Of a stretch of DNA of 64,000 nucleotides, positions 1 through 11,810 are shown piece after piece (within the stretch, counting starts at the first letter, position 1; each line of letters begins with the position of its first letter). Made by a program: the position numbers and the translations under genes. A model generated the notes under the pieces. That model was given only the letters and a program-made list of their open reading frames with translations, had not been told where the DNA came from and did not search any database. The stretch is from an uncultured virus (IMG/VR IMGVR_UViG_2061766007_002077) (taxonomy: Duplodnaviria; Heunggongvirae; Uroviricota; Caudoviricetes), in the IMG/VR virus record IMGVR_UViG_2061766007_002077. One strand, written 5' to 3'.

Positions 1-81
1 CTGGCTGACAGGAATCTGCTCATTGTCCAATGTGACCTTTCTCTCATCATTTTCTTCAAGTTTAGTTGTCTGATATGCCAT
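1..81 (-). CDS. Partial hypothetical protein (N-terminus MAYQTTKLEE..., runs off the window)
   Basis: ATG at 81 overlaps the stop of the upstream gene; AAGGAG upstream; frame is open to the window edge. Confidence 0.6.
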   Translation of the reverse strand, partial: MAYQTTKLEENDERKVTLDNEQIPVSQ

Positions 82-464
82 CATTTGTCTCCTTTTAACA
101 GCCCATTATTTTCCAAGAAAGAATATTGTTCCTTATTGGAAGATAATATCCTTCTCCACCACCTTTCAACATCTTCAGCTGAAATGGGTTGACCAGTTAT
201 AGGGTCTTTGAAGTCATCCAAGTTGGAATGACTATACCTGTTCAGCAATACAATGTTGTTGGGTTCATATATGAGGTCAGGTCTTTCGGATACGGACCTA
301 TAATGGGCTGGGTCGGTCTTATCCAAAAAACTTCCCGCGTTTCTTTTCAACATGAAAGTTTCAGATATGGAAAGAATACGCAGAAGTCTGCAAGTATTCT
401 TATCCCTATCCTTAACTTTCTCCTTTACCTTCTTCCACTCTGAATCGTTACTGTCTCTTTTCAT
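81..464 (-). CDS. HNH endonuclease-like protein
   Basis: WKKVKEKVKDRD..C, PAH...PDL.YEPNN.VLLNR.SH pattern typical of small phage HNH proteins. Confidence 0.65.
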   Translation of the reverse strand: MKRDSNDSEWKKVKEKVKDRDKNTCRLLRILSISETFMLKRNAGSFLDKTDPAHYRSVSERPDLIYEPNNIVLLNRYSHSNLDDFKDPITGQPISAEDVERWWRRILSSNKEQYSFLENNGLLKGDK

Positions 465-1027
465 TCAGCCAATTTATTCAGTTTGTTTATAAGAACGCAT
501 TTCTTGAAGAAAACATCGCCAGCATCTTCCATGCTCTTGAACTCACCGGAACGGTAACTTCTGAGGTAAGAGAAAGCCGAGCCATTCATCTTATAACAAT
601 ACTGCTCATTTGTTTCCTCATTGACGATAATGAACTCATCTTTCATAACGAGAATTTTATCAATCCTATAAACCTCATGAACATCCTCAATAACTGTTGT
701 TGGCAGGCTATCAAGGTCAGTTCCCTTGGCGATAAGTTCAGCATGCTCGTCAGCTGTCAAGGGTCTCTCAACCTTCAGTGTCCTTGAAATCCTTGGATAA
801 TGATTATAGGACAAATCCCTCTTTATGTCATGAATGAATGACTTGATAGGGACAACGAAATCCCAGGGATAGAAATACTTCTTTCCTGAGTTCTCATGAA
901 TGACTGAAACACCCAAATCGTCTGTTGCGAAAGAAATGACAATAGGAGCCTTGTCGGCGAANNNNNNNNNNNNNNNNNNNNNNNNNNNNNCCTTGTATTC
1001 CTCAGAATCCACTTTCTGTAAAATCAT
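461..1027 (-). CDS. Hypothetical protein
   Basis: ~188-aa ORF tightly packed in the minus-strand operon. Confidence 0.7.
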   Translation of the reverse strand: MILQKVDSEEYKXXXXXXXXXXFADKAPIVISFATDDLGVSVIHENSGKKYFYPWDFVVPIKSFIHDIKRDLSYNHYPRISRTLKVERPLTADEHAELIAKGTDLDSLPTTVIEDVHEVYRIDKILVMKDEFIIVNEETNEQYCYKMNGSAFSYLRSYRSGEFKSMEDAGDVFFKKCVLINKLNKLAE

Positions 1028-1029
1028 AT

Positions 1030-1297
1030 TCAAACACCCTTGCTATCATCAGAAGCGAAATAATTCTCAATTATACCACTTAGTTCTGCATAATCTTCAC
1101 ATTCAACANNNNNNNNNNNNNNNNNNNNNNNNNNNNNTCTTGAACAATGAATAGGCTGTCTTCATAGCCTTGGGGTTTATCTCATTATTTTCAGCGTATG
1201 ACTTTAAATCGTCAGAAATCCCCTTCTTGATTTCATCAGCTTCTAATTCGTTGTTATACTCTGCTTCAAAGAACTTGATTAAATTCTGTTCATCCAT
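1030..1297 (-). CDS. T4 DsbA/GapR-like dsDNA-binding protein
   Basis: Rejoined across the N-run to ~89 aa ending ...SKGV*; helical EIKKGISDDLKSYAENNEINPKAMKTAYSLFK resembles the DsbA/DUF2312 pattern. Confidence 0.45.
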
Positions 1298-1357
1298 TTC
1301 TTCATTTTCTCCATTTATTCATTAAAATTTTTTTATCTATGTAATTAGTAATATTTT

Positions 1358-2389
<1,032 letters not shown>

Positions 2390-2770
2390 TTACTTGGAAG
2401 AAAAACGATTTTCCTTTACAAAAAACGGATTCATTTTATTTATCTCAGATGTGAGGTGCTCCTGTGAGCTCTGCGGCCTCATCTGCTTTATGCTGGAATT
2501 TGATACATCCCAAAGATATATGCAAGAAGTGTCAAGACAATCCTTGACTTTATAGATAACCTCATATGGAGCGCCTATCTTCTCAAAGAGATTTATGAAA
2601 TCCTTGACGGTAAAATAGGTATAATTCTCCGACCCATCTATCCAACACTTTACAAATCCAGTAAATGTAGTCTGGAAAAGGACATAATAATATCCTAATA
2701 TTTCAGAGGGCGTCTTTTGGGGTTCTTCGTTATCTTTCTTGAATAAGGCCATAGAAAATTTAGTATTCAT
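2390..2770 (-). CDS. Hypothetical protein
   Basis: ORF directly upstream of the primase; start uncertain (2770 or 2815). Confidence 0.55.
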   Translation of the reverse strand: MNTKFSMALFKKDNEEPQKTPSEILGYYYVLFQTTFTGFVKCWIDGSENYTYFTVKDFINLFEKIGAPYEVIYKVKDCLDTSCIYLWDVSNSSIKQMRPQSSQEHLTSEINKMNPFFVKENRFSSK

Positions 2771-3196
2771 ATATGAAAGTCCAAGTCGAAGGCAGCCGCG
2801 GGGTACTGGGGCCATTTTTAGTATTTTTTGTATAAGTGTAGATAGANNNNNNNNNNNNNNNNNNNNNNNNNNNNNNNNNNNNNNNNNNNNNNNNNNNNNN
2901 NNNNNNNNNNNNNNNNNNNNNNNNNNNNNNNNNNNNNNNNNNNNNNNNNNNNNNNNNNNNNNNNNNNNNNNNNNNNNNNNNNNNNNNNNNNNNNNNNNNN
3001 NNNNNNNNNNNNNNNNNNNNNNNNNNNNNNNNNNNNNNNNNNNNNNNNNNNNNNNNNNNNNNNNNNNNNNNNNNNNNNNNNNNNNNNNNNNNNNNNNNNN
3101 NNNNNNNNNNNNNNNNNNNNNNNNNNNNNNNGGCTCATTGGAGTCTCTTTGGACTTATGCTGCACCTTAGGGTGATTATTATAGAACGGAGATTTT

Positions 3197-4195
3197 ATGG
3201 AAGATACACAGAGAAAATATGATGTGATTCTTGTGGACAGCGTTAACTTCGCATACAGGACTTTCAGACCTAAGGGAGAAACACCTTTACAGTTATCCAA
3301 GAAATCCATTTATAGGGATTCGGTCTGTAGGTTCATTGATTCCGTCAAGGAGATTGAGGATAAGTATCTTAAGAGTGATGGACAGATTTACTTCCTCTTT
3401 GACAATTACTTCTCAAAGGCAGACCTCAGGACAACCTATATGTTCGTGGACAGGAAGAAACTTGATGAATCCTACAAGGCCACAAGGAAGAAGAACACAA
3501 AGGAGTTCTACAATTCCATAAATTTCCTCAGATATTATTATCTCATAGGTCCTTCCAAATATCATACACTCAGAGTTGATAATCTTGAAGCAGATGATTT
3601 GGTTGAACCACTCTTTAAAAAGCTTGACATCTTCAATGGAAGTAAGGATGTTCTTATGGTCACCACCGATGAGGACTGGACAAGATATCTTCTTCCGAAT
3701 GTCGATTGGTTACCGGATTTGTCAGAGGCTCCTGAAGGAGTCAAGGGGTTTGAAAACAGAAAAGGATTCAAACCTACCAAGAACAATGTTATATTGTATA
3801 AGTCAATGTTCGGCGATGAATCCGATGATATTGAAGGCATTGTTCCCAGGAATGAGAAGAATTTCAGAAATTTCCAGGAACTTCTTGAGGTCATAAAGGA
3901 TCCTTCCGATGTTCTGATGCTTTTCAGGTCAAAGGATAACTGGGAGAGATTCCCAATTCTCAAATACTTTGCCCAGAAGGATAAAAGAGACCAGAGAAAG
4001 TATGAGACAAAGGAGCCTTTGTTTGAGATAAATCTTCAGCTGGTTTCACCTATACCTTGTGGTCAGGGAGTGATTGACAGTTCCCTTACAACAGGAAGAA
4101 ATGACAGCACTCTGTATCATACGGTCAGAAATGCAATCGGACTTGACATGACTAAGGAGTTCACTTTCGGAAATATCAGAAGGAGTAGGGTATAA
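3197..4195 (+). CDS. 5'-3' exonuclease/flap endonuclease (T4 RNase H / T5 D15-like)
   Basis: ILVDSVN, YKATR, EADDL, TTDEDW and GDESDDIEG acidic FEN motifs. Confidence 0.85.
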   Translation: MEDTQRKYDVILVDSVNFAYRTFRPKGETPLQLSKKSIYRDSVCRFIDSVKEIEDKYLKSDGQIYFLFDNYFSKADLRTTYMFVDRKKLDESYKATRKKNTKEFYNSINFLRYYYLIGPSKYHTLRVDNLEADDLVEPLFKKLDIFNGSKDVLMVTTDEDWTRYLLPNVDWLPDLSEAPEGVKGFENRKGFKPTKNNVILYKSMFGDESDDIEGIVPRNEKNFRNFQELLEVIKDPSDVLMLFRSKDNWERFPILKYFAQKDKRDQRKYETKEPLFEINLQLVSPIPCGQGVIDSSLTTGRNDSTLYHTVRNAIGLDMTKEFTFGNIRRSRV

Positions 4196-5203
4196 TGGCA
4201 TTGGTTTTCATGGGTGATATTCACCTTAGGGACGATAAGGATTATTTCAGACAGGTAGGTGAGGATTTCCTTAACTGGTATAGGGATTGGGAATACAATA
4301 ATCCAGACAATTGTCTTTGTCTTGCTGGAGACCTCGTTGAGAATCCTCTTTTGTCCGGAACTGTTGCAGATTACCTTGAGAAATTTGCCCTTTACTCCAA
4401 GTTCAAGGAAGTTCATATCTGTGTCGGAAACCATGATATCAGAAAGTTCAANNNNNNNNNNNNNNNNNNNNNNNNNNNNNNNNNNNNNNNNNNNNNNNNN
4501 NNATGAGGAAATCACCAAGGTCACAATAGATGGAAGAAGAGGACTTATCCTTCCATATTACAAGGGCTCAAATTTCTATGGGGCCACCATGACGGATTAC
4601 TACAGTAATCTTCATAACAACAAGCTTTATCAGGAACATTTTGATTTTCTTCTAGGGCATTTCAATGAGGACAGCATGATGTTCGGCGGTGATGTCACCC
4701 CAGTGAGAAACCTTGATAAGCTTGATGTTGACAAGATTATTCTTGGACATATCCATACAAGATACATAAGACCTGATATTTATATCGGTTCAGTATTTGC
4801 AGGTAAGAAGGGTGAGAATGACAGTTCCCGTGCTGCATGGATTCTTGATGATAATGGATGGCATGAGGAGAAGTATCCTCTGTTCAATGAGTTCATCACT
4901 TTCCAGTATCCGGAGAAACTTCCCAAGTCTGACAGTAAGGTTCCAATCTATACAATTCTCAACTGCAGCTCAGAGCATGTGGCAAGAGCCAAGTATGGAA
5001 GAATCTTCATAAGAAAGACCACCACAGAGCTTGTTGATACTGTTTCAAGAAGAAAGATAAGCACTGATAGGGTCTTTGATAACATCAAGAATCTTGATTT
5101 CCTCACTTACTTTGATTCATTTGTCAAGACTCAGAATCCTCCTTTGAGTACTGAGGTCATAGAGGAATGTAGGGTTCTTCTTAAGAACAGGTCAGTATCT
5201 TGA
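4195..5203 (+). CDS. Metallophosphoesterase recombination nuclease (SbcD/Mre11/gp47-like)
   Basis: GDIH, AGDL, GNHD, GHF and GHIH motifs; the frame change falls inside N-run 4452-4502. Confidence 0.8.
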
Positions 5204-5224
5204 TATAATTAAGATGTTTAGGTT

Positions 5225-6628
5225 ATGACTAATTACCCTATGGGTATACCTCAGTCTTATAGTTCTGGAGAATTGAGGGCTTCGCAGTATTATATACACA
5301 GAAGCTATGTCAATTCTTACTATCACATATATAAATACATTGAAAAATGGTTTGCCTCAAATATATTCAGAAATGACTTGTCAAGGGTTTTTCTAGCTTC
5401 TGATGAATACTGCTTCAGANNNNNNNNNNNNNNNNNNNNNNNNNNNNNNNNNNNNNNNNNNNNNNNNNNNNNNNNNNNNNNNNNNNNNNNNNNNNNNNNN
5501 NNNNNNNNNNNNNNNNNNNNNNNNNNNNNNNNNNNNNNNNNNNNNNNNGTGGGAAACACCAAAGTCAGAGCAGCTTCTGGAATCATGGATATTCCTGTAA
5601 CCTTATGGTTCGATAGGGAAGATGATGCCCGATTTGCCTATGACAGACTCTATTTTTACAGCTTCAACGAGCATAATGATTCTGTCAATGTTCCTTATGG
5701 AAGAAATAACACAATTGATACATCATCTCATGAGCAGGTCACCGATGTCCTGGCACTTCCTATGGTTCTTGAATTGAAGGACCTTGAGTTCAATCCTAGT
5801 TTCAAGGAAACGGATTGGCTTAAAAAGCAAAGGGTGTTTGTTGTCAAATGTACTGTTCAGATGAGAACATACCTCATATATCCTCCAGAGCAGCCCAACT
5901 ATGATTTGACAATGGATGCCAACGGAGTTCTCTCCGATGGAAGCATATATGAGGATGGAATCAATTTCTATTACATTGTCGATGATGTGATTCTTAATCT
6001 GTCTAATGATAAGAGTACCAAGGTTCAGACATTTGACGCTGGATTTGACCCTGTAACCCAAGAGTTTAGCGGAACAAAGAGATTCCCAGAAGTCGGAGAA
6101 TGGGGAGTTGTTTATGTAGATTCTCATTATGAGGATGAGGACTGCTGGCGGATAGATGACAAGGGAGAGAAGCACTGGAGAACTCCTAAGTTGAGATTAT
6201 ATGTATGGGATGAGGTGAACAATAAATATATTGTTCCGGACTATGAACTTGATTGTCATTCCATAAGATATAACGGAACTTATAATGAATCCTTGGTTGA
6301 TATCTCCAAACTTGACTATATAACTCAGGTCTCTCCGTTCTCAAATACAATATCCTGGGAGTATGGAGAGGATACTGATTCCTCTGACATTGAGAGGATA
6401 GAACTTCATCTATATAATTATAAGGATATAATTAATATAAGTCCTGAAAAAACTTACTATACCCTTGAAGGACTTAAGTCCAATAGTCAGTATTATGGGT
6501 ACATGGTCTTTATATCCAAAGAAGGCTCATCCAAGAGATTCGTGATTAATTTCATTACACCGATGTCAAAGGAAGATGAATTACAGAGGAGCGGGACTCT
6601 GAATTCCCTTGTGGGAATCACTTGGTAA
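5225..6628 (+). CDS. Virion structural protein, possible tail-completion/neck protein with C-terminal FN3-like domain
   Basis: Immediately upstream of the sheath; C-terminal YYTLEGLKSNSQYY FN3-like pattern; true start may be ATG 5240. Confidence 0.45.
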   Translation: MTNYPMGIPQSYSSGELRASQYYIHRSYVNSYYHIYKYIEKWFASNIFRNDLSRVFLASDEYCFRXXXXXXXXXXXXXXXXXXXXXXXXXXXXXXXXXXXXXXXXXXXVGNTKVRAASGIMDIPVTLWFDREDDARFAYDRLYFYSFNEHNDSVNVPYGRNNTIDTSSHEQVTDVLALPMVLELKDLEFNPSFKETDWLKKQRVFVVKCTVQMRTYLIYPPEQPNYDLTMDANGVLSDGSIYEDGINFYYIVDDVILNLSNDKSTKVQTFDAGFDPVTQEFSGTKRFPEVGEWGVVYVDSHYEDEDCWRIDDKGEKHWRTPKLRLYVWDEVNNKYIVPDYELDCHSIRYNGTYNESLVDISKLDYITQVSPFSNTISWEYGEDTDSSDIERIELHLYNYKDIINISPEKTYYTLEGLKSNSQYYGYMVFISKEGSSKRFVINFITPMSKEDELQRSGTLNSLVGITW

Positions 6629-6639
6629 NNNNNNNNNNN

Positions 6640-8844
6640 NNNNNNNNNNNNNNNNNNNNNNNNNNNNNNNNNNNNNNNNNNNNNNNNNNNNNNNNNNNNT
6701 GGATACCTCAAGAGCAATAATAAATATTTATGATAATTCCAGCACTTCTGTTGAGCAGGTTACCCCTAGAGTAGGTTTTACTGTTGTAAAAGCAGCCAAA
6801 GGCCCTTGCAGACCAGTCAGAATAGGAAAGGGTGGTCAGGCCAAGATAAAGGATATCTTCGGAGTGTCTTCTAAGGATTATCCAGAGCTTTTTGAAGTCG
6901 AGACTTTCAATCGTGAATATGATGTATATGTGTCAGCCCCTTATACCACTGCTGAAGTTCCAGTGGCCTATCTGACAAAGAACGGAGTGGTGCTAGGTGC
7001 AAGTAATGCTTCTTATGAGCCCGATGGTTTGGAAGCTTATGCAATAGGTGAACTCGATGCCTATGACCTCACTGATAAGACCATCGCAAATGTGACCTCA
7101 TTTACAGGAACTAAAGTTCTTTGGGATGTCAGATATACTGGTGACTTTGATTCTACAGCTGATAACCTTGATATCTCCACAGACGGACCTTATTATGACA
7201 CAGTTCCCAAGGCTCTTGTCGTAAAGACTGGATATAAGACTAATGTCCCTCTTCCTGGCAGTTTCAGACTTCAGTATGGAAATACCAAATGGGATATAGC
7301 TTGTTCAGACAGTACCCTCAAGATAGGTGAAGTAGTAGTTGGTTCTGTTTCATCAGATGATGGATATAAGATGCTTGTTATCACAGGCTCTACTGAGACT
7401 GCTCTCAGTAACCTTCCTGCCACATATGTTCAGGGATACTTCGATAATGAAGAGGAAATCAAGAAAATATCAGTTTACTGGTTAAAGGATATCTCAGGTG
7501 ATGATATCTATGCAGTAATCTTCCCCAAGTATCCAAGTGATAGGAATCTCCATATTTCATTCCAGTCATTCAGCACCATTTCAAATTATGACGGTAAGGT
7601 TCCTGAGAACAGGAACATTCTTAAGATGAGTGTCTATGAAGAGGGTGCTTTCAGAGATGAGGGTCATTCAATCTTCATTAATGGTTCTATTGATTTGACT
7701 GCCAAGGATGGCTCAGGTGCTCTTATCGGATTCTGTAATGGAAACAGCTCATATTCAAGTCAGGACCTTTTCTGTATTTATCCTAGAAAGAAATTCAATT
7801 CTCAGACTGAAGTCAATACGAAAATAGAAGGATATCATCCAATTGTTCTTTCTGGTGGAAAGAGAGAGTTCGGAGAGGATACTACAGCCAAGGACATAGA
7901 ACTCCATAACAAGGGTTGGAAGATGGCTGGAGAATCTGAGTTCTCTGATGTTGATATCTTCTTTGACTCAGCTAACCATGATGGTTGCATTCTGACCGAT
8001 TTGAAGAGTTCTTACTTCTTTGATTTGGCAGAAGATGATATCACAAGTCATGAGTTAGCAGGATATATCTTCAACTATACACTCAAACCTGAAGAACTCA
8101 TAGATGATAATGGTTTTGTAAAGACTGACCTTGTAAACAAGAAGCTCACTATGGGTAGAAATTACTGGAATATCTGTAATGTAGGAATCGTTGAGGATTC
8201 TTCCAATGGTTCAAGATATTCAGTAGCCATGACCGGTGCCNNNNNNNNNNNNNNNNNNNNNNNNNNNNNNNNTTCTGGAACAGAAGCGTGGTGGTGCCGC
8301 TCCTATGTGGAACAATGTAGGAACCGGAACAACCTCTATCGGTGGTCAGCTGAACATGATGAGCCTTTCAAAGCTCAAATATAAATATAACAAGAAGATG
8401 CTTGACCTTCTTGATGAACTTAATTACAACCCAGTTATCAATGACAGACAGTATGGAATCATGGTTACAGGACAAAAGACCTGTAAGGACGGAGACTTAA
8501 CAGACTGGTCATATATTGGTCATGCTTCAGCTTTCCTTGATTTCCTCAAGGAAGTCAGAGCCAATGTCATGATTCCTCAGATTGGTAAGCCAAACAATCC
8601 TTATTACAGAACTCTCAGAAAAGACCAGGTTGACAGATACCTTGCTGAGAGACTTAACGGTGAGGATAGGATTTGGGCAGAGGCTGAATGTGATACTTCA
8701 ACAGCTGATGGAATCAATGATGTCTATGCACTCAAGGCCAGAAAGTTTATCATTAACGTAAGAGTTAAAGTTGATATTTTCTCTGAGAAAGTTGTTCTTA
8801 ACTTCACCAATGAAGACCAGGAAAGCAAGATATACGCAGAGTAA
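6640..8844 (+). CDS. Tail sheath protein (start lies in the N-run; coordinate approximate)
   Basis: Rejoined across N-run 8241-8272; C-terminal LDLLDELNYNPV..YGIMVTGQKT..WSYIG sheath-like motif; followed by tube genes. Confidence 0.8.
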
Positions 8845-8863
8845 TCCCAGGAGGATTTTATAG

Positions 8864-9469
8864 ATGTCTCTGACAGGAACTACAAATGATTATGTACAGA
8901 GCCTAATAAGTGTAGGTGCTGATGCAATGACCAACCTTTTCTACCTTGAGTTCGTAGGTGGAAAAATGGGTTCTGAGTACAGTTCTCAGCACCTCAAGGT
9001 AAGGTCTGGAAACTTCAAGGCACCTACCTTTACACAGGGTACAAATGAGTTTCATCACATGACAGTCTCTGTGAATATGCCTAAGGCTGAAATCACAGGA
9101 ACAAAGGAACTTTCCTTTACATTCAGAGTTGATGAGAACTTCTTAGTCTATAAGACCCTTCTGGCTCAGAAGAAGGTAACATCAATATCCAACTTAGGAT
9201 ATGCAGTTAATGATATTCCATCTGATACAGGAAATGATGGTTCTTTTATCACAAAAGTGTATGCTTATGATGGAAAGGGTATTATAGGAGACCCTGATTC
9301 CACTTCATTCAAGCTTTTATATCAGTTCAATCATTGCTGGGTCAAGAATGTGAAAGGCCTTACTTTCGGTTATGACAGTTCTAATCCTATCACTGCTCAG
9401 GCTACAGTAGGATTCCTTGATTTTGATGACCCTCAGAATCTTCTTGCATCATCTGGATTTGGAAAATAA
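8864..9469 (+). CDS. Tail tube-like protein 1
   Basis: 201 aa directly after the sheath; NLF, FTFRVDE and YQFNHCW pattern like gp19-type tubes; GGAGG RBS. Confidence 0.7.
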   Translation: MSLTGTTNDYVQSLISVGADAMTNLFYLEFVGGKMGSEYSSQHLKVRSGNFKAPTFTQGTNEFHHMTVSVNMPKAEITGTKELSFTFRVDENFLVYKTLLAQKKVTSISNLGYAVNDIPSDTGNDGSFITKVYAYDGKGIIGDPDSTSFKLLYQFNHCWVKNVKGLTFGYDSSNPITAQATVGFLDFDDPQNLLASSGFGK

Positions 9470-9479
9470 AGGATAGTAT

Positions 9480-10100
9480 ATGGCTTTAAATACTTCTAAT
9501 AATTATCTTCAGAATCTGATTATAGCAGGTAATGATGCCCATAGCAATCTCTATGAAATCGTATTCTCAGGAGGGGAGTTCGACAAGGACACCAATCTTG
9601 CCAGTGCGATGTCTGTGAGAACAAGCGGATTCACAGCACCTGATACAAAGCAGGACACATATCCGGTCAAGTATATCACTGCTTATATAGACAGACCTAA
9701 GACAAAGGTCAATGTGACTAGAAACTTCAATCTGGATTTCAGATTGGATTCCTATTGGGAAGTCTATAAGTTATTGGTGAATCAGCAGAAGGTCACCATG
9801 AACGCCGCTCATTCCTTTGTGGCTACAGACATGGATGTTATAAAGAGCAAGATGTTCCATATAACAGTCTATGCTTTACATGAGGGACTTTCCAGCGAGA
9901 CTATCTCCACTATTGACAGAAAAAAACTCTATGAATTCAAGTACTGTTGGATTACCAATCTTAGTCCTTCTGAGTTCTCAAATACAGATTCCAATCCATT
10001 GAAAGTGACGGCTGCCATCAGCTTCCTTGAGATGTATGATTTGGAGTCAGGATTCCCTGGGGATTCTGGTACTACAACTGAAGATACCAGTAGCACTTGA
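9480..10100 (+). CDS. Tail tube-like protein 2
   Basis: Paralog of 8864 (YLQNLIIAGNDAHSNLY, FRLDSY, YEFKYCW). Confidence 0.65.
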   Translation: MALNTSNNYLQNLIIAGNDAHSNLYEIVFSGGEFDKDTNLASAMSVRTSGFTAPDTKQDTYPVKYITAYIDRPKTKVNVTRNFNLDFRLDSYWEVYKLLVNQQKVTMNAAHSFVATDMDVIKSKMFHITVYALHEGLSSETISTIDRKKLYEFKYCWITNLSPSEFSNTDSNPLKVTAAISFLEMYDLESGFPGDSGTTTEDTSST

Positions 10101-10129
10101 TAATCTACATTTAGATATGGTGATATGAT

Positions 10130-10736
10130 ATGAATCTTAACACTAAGGATTTATTATCTAATTTGATTCAGACTGGTGCAGATGCCAGTCTGAATTTATT
10201 TAAGATANNNNNNNNNNNNNNNNNNNNNNNNNNNNNNNNNNNNNNNNNNNNNNNNNNCTACAAGGGATTCTGGCTCAGTGCAGGTTCCATTTCAGAATAC
10301 ATCAATAGATATTCCGTCATCAGGGGCTACAATAAACAAGCAGATAACATTTCAGACAAGACTTGATGCCAATTATGAGATTCTTAAGACATTGAGGAAA
10401 TATCAGCNNNNNNNNNNNNNNNNNNNNNNNNNNNNAATTAATGATAGTAAGAAGATTCCTCTTATAACAGTTGAAGCCTATAAACCTCAGGATGGAGACC
10501 TTCTTGTTCCTGTCTATGAATGGAAGTTCCATAATAATTACATATTGAAGGTAACTCCTTTATCATATTCCTCAGATGCAACCAGTGCCGCAACTGTCAA
10601 TATTACTTTTGTATGGGGTACTTATGAGGAGACATCTGATATATTTAATTTTGAGGATTTACTACAAAACACACCGTTTGCTGGACTATTACCTTTATTT
10701 GAAAATGGTACATTTTCCAGTAATGATAATGGTTGA
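10130..10736 (+). CDS. Tail tube-like protein 3
   Basis: Rejoined across an N-run; LIQTGADASLNLF, TRLDANY and YEWKF match the paralogs. Confidence 0.6.
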
Positions 10737-10785
10737 ATCCTATCCCTAATTTCTTGCAGCATTTACAATATATACTAATTTTCAT

Positions 10786-11345
10786 ATGTCTAAGCTGTTT
10801 CTTACTCCAAATTCCAACACTATTACGGAGATATATGAAAATTACTCACCAGCTTTTAATAATCTCTACACGGTAGAGATATTCGCTCTATCAAATTATG
10901 ATGACAGTATTGCCTCTTATCTGAGATATCACTCTCCTTCCGTGAACTTCAACGGAGAGAGCCTTTCGCTCAAAAGAAATGAGGTCACAAAGAAATTCTC
11001 ATTTGAGGAGAACGGGTCATATAAAAGGTCAGATAACCTTNNNNNNNNNNNNNNNNNNNNNNNNNNNNNNNNNNNNNNNNNNNNNNNNNNNNNNNNNNNN
11101 NNNNNNNNNNNNNNNNNNNNNNNNNNNNNNNNNNNNNNNNNNNNNNNNNNNNNNNNNNNNNNNNNNNNNNNNNNNNNNNNNNNNNGTAATAAATGAAAAG
11201 TGTACGATAAAATTCAGGATTCTCCCTAATAATTCAGGTAATGTACCGTTGGCTTGGGGAACATCACCTACAATAATATCTCATTCAATGACCTATTATG
11301 TTGAGGATTGGGAATGGGAAAATGCCGTGGAGGCAGGTGAATNNN
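10786..11345 (+). CDS. Tail tube-like/tube-initiator protein 4 (end lies in the N-run)
   Basis: PAFNNLYTVEIF N-terminal motif similar to the tube paralogs; located between tubes and baseplate. Confidence 0.45.
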
Positions 11346-11392
11346 NNNNNNNNNNNNNNNNNNNNNNNNNNNNNNNNNNNNNNNNNNNNNNN

Positions 11393-11810
11393 AGATTTAC
11401 AGACCTATAATCTCCAAGAGAAAATAGAATTAGCTTCCAATGAAGTGGATTTGAATTATAACGGATATGATGTTCAGAATCCTAAAAGTGTTTTCACGCA
11501 AGTAGGATATGCCGCTCATGTCAATAGGGTTCTCTTCTGGATAACCTCAAAGAGAAACGATTATGTCAGAAGCTCCTTCAAAGGGGGAGTTATCTATGAT
11601 ATTTTAGGAAAACTTGCCACTGAGAGCAATCTTGAGTATTGGGAGAAGAACATACTCCAGAGATTCAATATGGAGTTCTCAAATGACCTCACACTCCTTT
11701 CAGTGAAGTTGTCAACGGATAAGAACAAAAGATATTTGAAGATAAATATGGTTGTCCAGGATAAGATGTCCAATCATACCTTTACAGTAAATACAGAGGC
11801 CAGACTATGA
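11393..11810 (+). CDS. Baseplate gp25-like protein (start lies in the N-run)
   Basis: VLFWITSKRNDYVRSSFKGG gp25-like pattern; size; position before the wedge gene. Confidence 0.55.

Noticed and set aside
2786..3170. GC-rich patch (GGCAGCCGCGGGGTACTGGGGCC) in the divergent intergenic region as a riboswitch or origin
   Set aside because: No recognisable family signature, and 285 nt of the region are masked
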